NCBI GenBank assembly: GCA_964016885.1
Contig: OZ024742.1
Coordinates: forward strand, 22,630,001-22,694,000
Direction: 5' to 3'
DNA length: 64,000 nt
Origin: Eledone cirrhosa
Taxonomy: Eukaryota
Below the pieces are notes generated by a model. That model made no database searches. It was not told the origin of the DNA and was given only the letters and a program-made list of their open reading frames with translations. This document shows positions 27,540-40,500 of this stretch, piece after piece. A program made the position numbers and the translations under genes. The number at the start of each line of letters is the position of its first letter. Position 1 is the stretch's first letter.

Positions 27540-30500
27540 AAACAGAGACACAAGTATCGCGGTATCAAATTACCAGGAGATTCCCACTCTTGTGTCACCT
27601 TAAGTCATTGAAACAGAGACACAAGTATCCCGGTATCAAATTACCAGGAGATTCCCCACACTTCTGTCACCTTAACTCACTGAAACAGAGACACAAGTAT
27701 CGCGGTATCAACTTACCAAGAGATTACCACTCTTCTGTCACCTTAATTCACTGAAACAGAGACACAAGTATCGCGGTATCAACTTACCAAGAGATACCCC
27801 ACTCTTCTGTCACATTAACTCACTGAAACAGAGACACAAGTATCGCGGTGTCAAATTACCAAGAGATTACCACTCTTCTGTCACCTTAACTCACTGAAAC
27901 AGAGACACAAGTATCGCGGTATCAAATTACCAAGAGGTTCCCCACTCTTCTGTCACATTAACTCACTGAAACAGAGACATAAGTATCGTGGTATCAAATT
28001 ACCAAGAGATTCCCCTCTCTTCTGTCACATTAACTCACTGAAACAGAGACACAAGTATCGCGGTATCAAATTACCAAGAGATTACCACTCTTCTGTCACC
28101 TTAACTCACTGAAACAGAGTCACAAGTATCGCGGTATCAAATTACTAAGAGATTCCCCCCTCTTCTGTCACCTTAACTCACTGAAACAGAGACACAAGTA
28201 TCGCGGTATCAACTTACCAAGAGACTACCACTCTTCTGTCACCTTAACTCACTGAAACAGAGACACAAGTATCGCGGTATCAAATTACCAAGAGATTCCC
28301 CACTCTTCTGTCACATTAATTCACTGAAACAGAGACACAAGTATCGCGGTATCAAATTACCAAGATATTCCCACACTTCTGTCACCTTAACTCACTGAAA
28401 CAGAGACACAAGTATCCCGGTATCAAATTACCAGGAGATTCCCCCCTCTTGTGTCACCTTAACTCACTGAAACAGACACAAAAGTATCGCGGTATCAAAT
28501 TACCAAGAGATTACCACTCTTCTGTCACCTTAACTCACTGAAACAGAGACACAAGTATCGCGGTATCAAAGTACCAAGAGATTCCCCACTCTTCTCTCAC
28601 CTTAACTCAATGAAACAGAGACACAAGTATCGCGGTATCAAATTACCAAGAGATTCCCCCTCTTCTGTCACCTTAACTCACTAAAACAGAGACACACGTA
28701 TCGCGGTATCAAATTACCAAGAGATTCCCCCCTCTTCTGTCACCTTAATTCACTGAAACAGAGACACAAGTATCGCGGTATCAAATTACCAAGATATTCC
28801 CACTCTTCTGTCACCTTAACTCACAGAAACAGAGACACAAGTATCCCGGTATCAAATTACCAGGAGATTCCCCCCTCTTCTGTCACCTTAACTCAGTGAA
28901 ACAGAGACACAAGTATCTCGGTATCAAATTACCAAGAGATTCCCACTCTTCTGTCACCTTAAGTCACTGAAACAGAGACATAAGTATCGCGGTATCAAAT
29001 TAACAAGAGATTCCCCACTCTTCGGTCACCTTAACTCGCTGAAACAGAGACACAAGTATCGCGGTATCAAATTACCAGGAGATTCCCACTCTTGTGTCAC
29101 CTTAAGTCATTGAAACAGAGACACAAGTATCCCGGTATCAAATTACCAGGAGATTCCCCACACTTCTGTCACCTTAACTCACTGAAACAGAGACACAAGT
29201 ATCGCGGTATCAACTTACCAAGAGATTACCACTCTTCTGTCACCTTAATTCACTGAAACAGAGACACAAGTATCGCGGTATCAACTTACCAAGAGATACC
29301 CCACTCTTCTGTCACATTAACTCACTGAAACAGAGACACAAGTATCGCGGTGTCAAATTACCAAGAGATTACCACTCTTCTGTCACCTTAACTCACTGAA
29401 ACAGAGACACAAGTATCGCGGTATCAAATTACCAAGAGGTTCCCCACTCTTCTGTCACATTAACTCACTGAAACAGAGACATAAGTATCGCGGTATCAAA
29501 TTACCAAGAGATTCCCCTCTCTTCTGTCACATTAACTCACTGAAACAGAGACACAAGTATCGCGGTATCAAATTACCAAGAGATTACCACTCTTCTGTCA
29601 CCTTAACTCACTGAAACAGAGTCACAAGTATCGCGGTATCAAATTACTAAGAGATTCCCCCCTCTTCTGTCACCTTAACTCACTGAAACAGAGACACAAG
29701 TATTGCGGTATCAAATTATCTAGAGATTCCCACTCTTCCGTCACCTTAACTCAGTGAAACAGAGACACAAGTATCGCGCTATTAAATTACCAAGAGATTC
29801 CCACTCTTCTGTCAACTTAACTCACTGAAACAGAGACACAAGTATCGCGGTATCAAATTACCAGGAAATTCCCACTCTTCTGTCACCTTAAGTCATTGAA
29901 ACAGAGACACAAGTATCCCGGTATCAAATTACCAGGAGATTCCCCACTCTTCTGTCACCTTAACTCACTGAAACAGAGACACAATTATCGCGGTATCAAC
30001 TTACCAAGAGACTACCACTCTTCTGTCACCTTAACTCACTGAAACAGAGACACAAGTATCGCGGTATCAAATTACCAAGAGATTCCCCACTCTTCTGTCA
30101 CATTAATTCACTGAAACAGAGACACAAGTATCGCGGTATCAAATTACCAAGATATTCCCACACTTCTGTCACCTTAACTCACTGAAACAGAGACACAAGT
30201 ATCCCGGTATCAAATTACCAGGAGATTCCCCCCTCTTGTGTCACCTTAACTCACTGAAACAGACACAAAAGTATCGCGGTATCAAATTACCAAGAGATTA
30301 CCACTCTTCTGTCACCTTAACTCACTGAAACAGAGACACAAGTATCGCGGTATCAAAGTACCAAGAGATTCCCCACTCTTCTCTCACCTTAACTCAATGA
30401 AACAGAGACACAAGTATCGCGGTATCAAATTACCAAGAGATTCCCCCTCTTCTGTCACCTTAACTCACTAAAACAGAGACACACGTATCGCGGTATCAAA

Positions 30501-30850
30501 TTACCAAGAGATTCCCCCCTCTTCTGTCACCTTAATTCACTGAAACAGAGACACAAGTATCGCGGTATCAAATTACCAAGATATTCCCACTCTTCTGTCA
30601 CCTTAACTCACAGAAACAGAGACACAAGTATCCCGGTATCAAATTACCAGGAGATTCCCCCCTCTTCTGTCACCTTAACTCAGTGAAACAGAGACACAAG
30701 TAACTCGGTATCAAATTACCAAGAGATTCCCACTCTTCTGTCACCTTAAGTCACTGAAACAGAGACATAAGTATCGCGGTATCAAATTAACAAGAGATTC
30801 CCCACTCTTCGGTCACCTTAACTCGCTGAAACAGAGACACAAGTATCGCG
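27540..30850. repeat. Duplicated 21/25-monomer block
   Basis: TTGTGTCACCTTAAGTCATTG at ~27590 and ~29092 (offset 1502, 21 monomers). GAGACTACC at ~28221 and ~30008 (offset 1787, 25 monomers). The second copy carries 4 extra monomers. Confidence 0.8.
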
Positions 30851-30969
30851 GTATCAAATTACCAAGAGATTCCCACTCTTCTGTCACCTTAACTCACTGA
30901 AACAGAGACACAAGTATCGCGGTATCAAATTTAAAGAGATTCCCACTCTTCTGTCACCTTAACTCACTG

Positions 30970-33335
30970 AAACAGAGACACAAGTATCCCGGTATCAAAT
31001 TACCAGGAGATTCCCCACTCTTCTGTCACCTTAACTCACTGAAACAGAGACACATGTATCGCGGTATCAAATTACCAAGAGATTACCACTCTTCTGTCAC
31101 CTTAACTCACTGAAACAGAGACACAAGTTTCGTGGTATCAAATTACCAAGAGATTACCACTCTTCTGTCACCTTAACTCACTGAAACAGAGACACAAGTA
31201 TCGCGGTATCAATTTACCAAGATATTCCCACTCTTCTGTCACCTTGACTCACTGAAACAGAGACACAAGTATCGCGGTATCAAATTACCAAGAGATTACC
31301 ACTCTTCTGTAACCTTAACTCACTGAAACAGAGACACAAGTATCGCGGTATCAAATTACCAAGAGATTACCACACTTCTGTCACCTTAACTCACTGACAC
31401 AGAGACACAAGTATTGCGGTACCAAATTATCTAGAGATTCACACTCTTCCGTCACCTTAACTCAGTGAAACAGAGACACAAGTATCGCGGTATTCAATTA
31501 CCAAGAGATTCCCACTCTTCTGTCACCTTAACTCACTGAAACAGAGACACAAGTATCGCGGTATCAAATTACCAGGAGATTCCCACTCTTGTGTCACCTT
31601 AAGTCATTGAAACAGAGACACAAGTATCCCGGTATCAAATTACCAGGAGATTCCCCACACTTCTGTCACCTTAACTCACTTAAACAGAGACACAAGTATC
31701 GCGGTATCAACTTACCAAGAGATTACCACTCTTCTGTCACCTTAATTCACTGAAACAGAGACACAAGTATCGCGGTATCAACTTACCAAGAGATACCCCA
31801 CTCTTCTGTCACATTAACTCACTGAAACAGAGACACAAGTATCGCGGTGTCAAATTACCAAGAGATTACCACTCTTCTGTCACCTTAACTCACTGAAACA
31901 GAGACACAAGTATCGCGGTATCAAATTACCAAGAGGTTCCCCACTCTTCTGTCACATTAACTCACTGAAACAGAGACATAAGTATCGCGGTATCAAATTA
32001 CCAAGAGATTCCCCTCTCTTCTGTCACATTAACTCACTGAAACAGAGACACAAGTATTGCGGTATCAAATTACCAGGAGATTCCCACTCTTCTGTCACCT
32101 TAAGTCATTGAAACAGAGACACAAGTATCCCGGTATCAAATTACCAGGAGATTCCCCACTCTTCTGTCACCTTAACTCACTGAAACAGAGACACATGTAT
32201 CGCGGTATCAAATTACCAAGAGATTACCACTCTTCTGTCACCTTAACTCACTGAAACAGAGACACAAGTTTCGTGGTATCAAATTACCAAGAGATTACCA
32301 CTCTTCTGTCACCTTAACTCACTGAAACAGAGACACAAGTATCGCGGTATCAATTTACCAAGATATTCCCACTCTTCTGTCACCTTGACTCACTGAAACA
32401 GAGACACAAGTATCGCGGTATCAAATTACCAAGAGATTACCACTCTTCTGTAACCTTAACTCACTGAAACAGAGACACAAGTATCGCGGTATCAAATTAC
32501 CAAGAGATTACCACACTTCTGTCACCTTAACTCACTGACACAGAGACACAAGTATTGCGGTACCAAATTATCTAGAGATTCACACTCTTCCGTCACCTTA
32601 ACTCAGTGAAACAGAGACACAAGTATCGCGGTATTAAATTACCAAGAGATTCCCACTCTTCTGTCACCTTAACTCACTGAAACAGAGACACAAGTATCGC
32701 GGTATCAAATTACCAGGAGATTCCCACTCTTGTGTCACCTTAAGTCATTGAAACAGAGACACAAGTATCCCGGTATCAAATTACCAGGAGATTCCCCACA
32801 CTTCTGTCACCTTAACTCACTTAAACAGAGACACAAGTATCGCGGTATCAACTTACCAAGAGATTACCACTCTTCTGTCACCTTAATTCACTGAAACAGA
32901 GACACAAGTATCGCGGTATCAACTTACTAAGAGATACCCCACTCTTCTGTCACATTAACTCACTGAAACAGAGACACAAGTATCGCGGTGTCAAATTACC
33001 AAGAGATTACCACTCTTCTGTCACCTTAACTCACTGAAACAGAGACACAAGTATCGCGGTATCAAATTACCAAGAGGTTCCCCACTCTTCTGTCACATTA
33101 ACTCACTGAAACAGAGACATAAGTATCGCGGTATCAAATTACCAAGAGATTCCCCTCTCTTCTGTCACATTAACTCACTGAAACAGAGACACAAGTATTG
33201 CGGTATCAAATTACCAGGAGATTCCCACTCTTCTGTCACCTTAAGTCATTGAAACAGAGACACAAGTATCCCGGTATCAAATTACCAGGAGATTCCCCAC
33301 TCTTCTGTCACCTTAACTCACTGAAACAGAGACAC
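30970..33335. repeat. 16-monomer (1141 bp) tandem duplication
   Basis: The rare haplotype TGACACAG...GGTACCAAATTATCTAGAGATTCACACT occurs at ~31396-31445 and ~32537-32586. Pseudo-ORFs at 32057 and 33198 are 1141 bp apart. Confidence 0.9.
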
Positions 33336-36300
33336 AAGCATCGCGGTATCAACTTACCAAGAGATTACCACTCTTCTGTCACATTAATTCACTGAAACAG
33401 AGACACAAGTATCGCGGTATCAAATTACCAAGATATTCCCACACTTCTGTCACCTTAACTCACTGAAACAGAGACACAAGTATCCCGGTATCAAATTACC
33501 AGGAGATTCCCCCCTCTTGTGTCACCTTAACTCACTGAAACAGAGACAAAAGTATCGCGGTATCAAATTACCAAGAGATTACCACTCTTCTGTCACCTTA
33601 ACTCACTGAAACAGAGACACAAGTATCGCGGTATCAAAGTACCAAGAGATTCCCCACTCTTCTCTCACCTTAACTCAATGAAACAGAGACACAAGTATCG
33701 CGGTATCAAATTACCAAGAGATTCCCCCTCTTCTGTCACCTTAACTCACTAAAACAGAGACACACGTATCGCGGTATCAAATTACCAAGAGATTCCCCCC
33801 TCTTCTGTCACCTTAATTCACTGAAACAGAGACACAAGTATCGCGGTATCAAATTACCAAGATATTCCCACTCTTCTGTCACCTTAACTCACAGAAACAG
33901 AGACACAAGTATCCCGGTATCAAATTAACAAGAGATTCCCCACTCTTCGGTCACCTTAACTCGCTGAAACAGAGACACAAGTATCGCGGTATCAAATTAC
34001 CAAGATATTCCCACTCTTCTGTCACCTTAACTCACTGAAACAGAGACACAAGTATCGCGGTATCAAATTTAAAGAGATTCCCACTCTTCTGTCACCTTAA
34101 CTCATTGAAACAGAGACACAAGTATCCCGGTATCAAATTACCAGGAGATTCCCCACTCTTCTGTCACCTTAACTCACTGAAACAGAGACACATGTATCGC
34201 GGTATCAAATTACCAAGAGATTACCACTCTTCTGTCACCTTAACTCACTGATACAGAGACACAAGTTTCGTGGTATCAAATTACCAAGAGATTACCACTC
34301 TTCTGTCACCTTAACTCACTGAAACAGAGACACAAGTATCGCGGTATCAATTTACCAAGATATTCCCACTCTTCTGTCACCTTGACTCACTGACACAGAG
34401 ACACAAGTATCGCGGTATCAAATTACCAAGAGATTACCACTCTTCTGTAACCTTAACTCACTGAAACAGAGACACAAGTATCGCGGTATCAAATTACCAA
34501 GAGATTCCCCCCTCTTTTGTCACCTTAACTCAATGAAACAGAGACACAAGTATCGCGGTATCAAATTACCAAGATATTCCCACTCTTCTGTCACCTTAAC
34601 TCACTGAAACAGAGACACAAGTATCGCGGTATCAAATTACCAAGATATTCCCCCTCTTCTGTCAACTTAACTCACTGAAACAGAGACACAAGTATCGCGG
34701 TATCAAATTACCAAGAGATTCCCCCCTCATCTGTCACCTTAACTCACTGAAACAGAGACACAAGTATCGCGGTATCAAATTACCAAGAGATTCCCCCCTC
34801 TTCTGTCACCTTAACTCACTCAAACAGAGACACAAGTATCGCGGTATCAAATTACCAAGATATTCCCACTCTTCTGTCACCTTAACTCACTGAAACAGAG
34901 ACACAAGTATCGCGGTATCAAATTACCAGGAGATTCCCACTCTTCTGTCACCTTAACTCACTGAAACAGAGACACAAGTATCGCGGTATTAAATTACCAA
35001 GAGATTCCCACTCTTCTGTCACCTTAACTCACTGAAACAGAGACACAAGTATCGCGGTATCAAATTACCAGGAGATACCCCCCTCTTCTGTCACCTTAAC
35101 TCACTCAAACAGAGACACAAGTATCGCGGTATCAAATTACCAAGATATTCCCACTCTTCTGTCACCTTAACTCACTGAAACAGAGACACAAGTATCGCGG
35201 TATCAAATTACCAAGAGATTCCCATTCTTCTCTCACCTTAACTCACTGAATTATAGACACAAGTATCTCGGTATCAAATTACCAAGAGATTCCCACTCTT
35301 CTGTTACCTTAGCTCACTGAAACAGAGACACATGTATCGCGGTATCAAATTACCAAGAGATACCCGACTCATTTGTCACCTCAACTCACTGAAAAAGAGA
35401 CACAAGTATCGCGGTGTCAAATTACCAAGAGATTCCCACTCTTCAGTCACCTTAACACACTGAAACAGAGACACAAGTATGGTGGTATCAAATTACCAAG
35501 AGTTACCCCACTCTTTTGTCACCTTAACTCACTGAAACAGAAACACAAGTATCGCGGTATCAAATTACCAAGAGATACCCTACTCTTCTGTCACCTTAAC
35601 TCACTGAAACAGAGACACAAGTATCGCGGTATCAAATTACCAGGAGATTCCCCCCTCTTCTGTCACCTTAACTCACTGAAACAGAGACACAAGTATTGCG
35701 GTATCAAATTAACTAGAGATTCCCACTGTTCTGTCACCTTAACTCACTAAAACAGAGACACAAGTATCGCAGTATTAAATTACCAAGAGATTCCCACTCT
35801 TCTGTCACCTTAACTCACTGAAACAGAGACACAAGTATCGCGGTATCAAATTACCGGGAGATTCCCCCCTCTTCTGTCACCTTAACTCACTCAAACAGAG
35901 ACACAAGTATCGCGGTATCAAATTACCAAGAGATTCCCACTCTTCTGTCACCTTAACTCACTGAAACAGAGACACAAGTATCGCGGTATCAAATTACCAA
36001 GAGATTCCCACTCTTCTCTCACCTTAACTCACTGAAATATAGACACAAGTATCTCGGTATCAAATTACCAAGAGATTCCCACTCTTCTGTCACCTTAACT
36101 CACTGAAACAGAGACACAAGTATCGCGGTGTCAAATTACCAAGAGATTACCACTCTTCTGTCATCATAACTCACTGAAACAGAGACACTAGTATCGCGGT
36201 ATCAAATTACCAAGAGTTTCCCCACTCTTCTGTCACCTTAACTCACTGAAACAGAGACACATGTATCGCGGTATCAAATTACCAAGAGATTCCCCACTCT

Positions 36301-37549
36301 TCTGTCACCCTAACTCACTGAAACAGATACACAAGTATTGCGGTATCAAATTACCAAGAGATTCCCACTCTTCTGTCACCTTAACTCACTGAAATGTAGA
36401 CACAAGTATCTCGGTATCAAATTACCAAGAGATTCTCACTCTTCTGTCACCTTAAGTCACTGAAACAGAGACATAAGTATCGCGGTATCAAATTACCAAG
36501 AGATTCCCCACTCTTCGGTCACCTTAACTCGCTGAAACAGAGAGACAAGTATCGCGGTATCAAATTACTAAGAGATTCCCACTCTTCTGTCACCTTAACT
36601 CACTGAAACAGAGACACAAGTATCGCGGTATCAAATTACCAAGATATTCCCACTCTTCTGTCACCTTAACTCACTGAAACAGGGCCACAAGTATCGCGGT
36701 ATCAAATTACCAGGAGATTCCCCCTCTTCTGTCACATTAACTCACTGAAACAGAGACACAAGTATCGCGGTATCAAATTACCAAGAAATTACCACTCTTC
36801 TGTCACCTTAACTTACTGAAACAGAGACACAAGTATCGCAGTGTCAAATTACCAAGAGATTACCACTCTTCTGTCACCTTAACATAGACTGAAACAGAGA
36901 CACAAGTATCGCGGTATCAAATTACCAGGAGATTCCCCCCTCTTCTGTCACCTTAACTCACTCAAACAGAGACACAAGTATCGCGGTATCAAATTACCAA
37001 GATATTCCCACTCTTCTGTCACCTTAACTCACTGAAACAGAGACACAAGTATCGCGGTATCAAATTACCAAGAGATTACCACTCTTCTGTCATCTTAACT
37101 TACTGAAACAGAGACACAAGTATCGCGGTATCAAATTACCAAGATATTCCCACTCTTCTGTCACCTTAACTCACTGAAATAGAGACACAAGTATCGCGGT
37201 ATCAAATTACCAAGAAATTACCACTCTTCTCTCACCTTAACTCACTTAAACAGAGACACAAGTATCGCGGTATCAAATTACCAAGAGATTCCCCCCTCCT
37301 CTGTCACCTTAACTCACTGAAACAGAGACACAAGTATTGCGGTATCAAATCACCAGGAGATTCTCCCCTCTTCTGTCACCTTAACCCACTCAAACAGAGA
37401 CACAAGTATCGCGGTATCAAATTACCAAGATATTCCCACTCTTCTGTCACCTTAACTCACTGAAACAGAGACACAAGTATCGCGGTATCAAATTACCAAG
37501 AGATTCCCACTCTTCTGTCACCTTAATTCACTGAAACAGAGACACAAGT

Positions 37550-40500
37550 ATCGCGGTATCAAATTACCAAGAGATTCCCACTCTTCTCTCACCTTAACTC
37601 ACTGAAATATAGACACAAGTATCTCGGTATCAAATTACCAAGAAATTCCCACTCTTCTGTTACCTTAGCTCACTGAAACAGAGACACATGTATCGCGGTA
37701 TCAAATTACCAAGAGATACCCGACTCTTTTGTCACCTTAACTCACTGAAAAAGAGACACAAGTATCGCGGTGTCAAATTACCAAGAGATTCCCACTCTTC
37801 AGTCACCTTAACACACTGAAACAGAGACACAAGTATGCTGGTATCAAATTACCAAGAGATACCCCACTCTTTTGTCACCTTAACTCACTGAAACAGAGAC
37901 ACAAGTATCGCGGTATCAAATTACCAGGAGATTCCCCCCTCTTCTGTCACCTTAACTCACTCAAACAGAGACACAAGCATCGCGGTATCAAATTACCAAG
38001 ATATTCCCACTCTTCTGTCACCTTAACTCACTGAAACAGAGACACAAGTATCGCGGTATCAAATTACCAAGAGATTCCCACTCTTCTCTCACCTTAACAC
38101 ACTGAAATATAGACACAAGTATCTCGGTATCAAATTACCAAGAGATTCCCACTGTTCTGTTACCTTAGCTCACTGAAACAGAGACACATGTATCGCGGTA
38201 TCAAATTACCAAGAGATACCCGACTCTTTTGTCACCTTAACTCACTGAAAAAGAGACACTAGTATCGCGGTGTCAAATTACCAAGAGATTCCCACTCTTC
38301 AGTCACCTTAACACACTGAAACAGAGACACAAGTATGGTGGTATCAAATTACCAAGAGATACCCCACTCTTTTGTCACCTTAACTCACTGAAACAGAGAC
38401 ACAAGTATCGCGGTATCAAATTACCAAGAGATACCCTACTCTTCTGTCACCTTAACTCACTGAAACAGAGACACAAGTATCGCGGTATCAAATTACCAAG
38501 ATATTCCCACTCTTCTGTCACCTTAACTCACTGAAACAGAGACACAAGTATCGCGGTATCAAATTACCAGGAGATTCCCCCTCTTCTGTCACATTAACTC
38601 ACTGAAACAGAGACACAAGTATCGCGGTATCAAATTACCAAGAAATTACCACTCTTCTGTCACCTTAACTCACTGAAACAGAGACACAAGTATCGCGGTA
38701 TCAAATTACCAAGAGATTACCACTCTTCTGTCATCTTAACTCACTGAAACAGAGACACGAGTATCGCGGTATCAAATTACCAAGATATTCCCACTCTTCT
38801 GTCACCTTAACTCACTGAAACAGAGACACAAGTATCGCGGTATCAAATTACCAAGAAATTACCACTCTTCTCTCACCTTAACTCACTTAAACAGAGACAC
38901 AAGTATCGCGGTATCAAATTACCAAGAGATTCCCCCCTCCTCTGTCACCTTAACTCACTGAAACAGAGACACAAGTATTGCGGTATCAAATTACCAGGAG
39001 ATTCTCCCCTCTTCTGTCACCTTAACCCACTCAAACAGAGACACAAGTATCGCAGTATCAAATTACCAAGATATTCCCACTCTTCTGTCACCTTAACTCA
39101 CTGAAACAGAGACACAAGTATCGCGGTATCAACTTACCAAGAGATACCCCACTCTTCTGTCACCTTAACTCACTGAAACAGAGACACAAGTATCGCGGTA
39201 TGCAATTACCAAGAGGTTCCCCACTCTTCTGTCACCTTAACTCACTGAAACAGAGACACAAGTATCGCGGTATCAAATTACCAAGAGATTCCCCTCTCTT
39301 CTGTCACATTAACTCACTGAAACAGAGACACAAGTATCGCGGTATCAAATTACCAAGAGATTACCACTTTTCTGTCACCTTAACTCACTGAAACAGAGAC
39401 ACAAGTATCGCGGTATCAAATTACTAAGAGATTCCCCCCTCTTCTGTCACCTTAACTCACTGAAACAGAGACACAAGTATCGCGGTATCAAATTACCAAG
39501 AGATTCCCACTCTTCTCTCACCTTAACTCACTGAAATATAGACACAAGTATCTCGGTATCAAATTACCAAGAAATTCCCACTCTTCTGTTACCTTAGCTC
39601 ACTGAAACAGAGACACATGTATCGCGGTATCAAATTACCAAGAGATACCCGACTCTTTTGTCACCTTAACTCACTGAAAAAGAGACACAAGTATCGCGGT
39701 GTCAAATTACCAAGAGATTCCCACTCTTCAGTCACCTTAACACACTGAAACAGAGACACAAGTATGGTGGTATCAAATTACCAAGAGATACCCCACTCTT
39801 TTGTCACCTTAACTCACTGAAACAGAGACACAAGTATCGCGGTATCAAATTACCAAGAGATACCCTACTCTTCTGTCACCTTAACTCACTGAAACAGAGA
39901 CACAAGTATCGCGGTATCAAATTACCAAGATATTCCCACTCTTCTGTCACCTTAACTCACTGAAAGAGAGACACAAGTATCGCGGTATCAAATTACCAGA
40001 AGATTCCCCCTCTTCTCTCACATTAACTCACTGAAACAGAGACACAAGTATCGCGGTATCAAATTACCAAGAAATTACCACTCTTCTGTCACCTTAACTT
40101 ACTGAAACAGAGACACAAGTATCGCAGTGTCAAATTACCAAGAGATTACCACTCTTCTGTCACCTTAACTCACTGAAACAGAGACACAAGTATCGCGGTA
40201 TCAAATTACCAGGAGATTCCCCACTCTTCTGTCACCTTAACTCACTCAAACAGAGACACAAGTATCGCGGTATCAAATTACCAAGATATTCCCACTCTTC
40301 TGTCACCTTAACTCACTGAAACAGAGACACAAGTATCGCGGTATCAAATTACCAAGAGATTCCCACTCTTCTCTCACCTTAACTCACTGAAATATAGACA
40401 CAAGTATCTCGGTATCAAATTACCAAGAAATTCCCACTCTTCTGTTACCTTAGCTCACTGAAACAGAGACACATGTATCGCGGTATCAAATTACCAAGAG

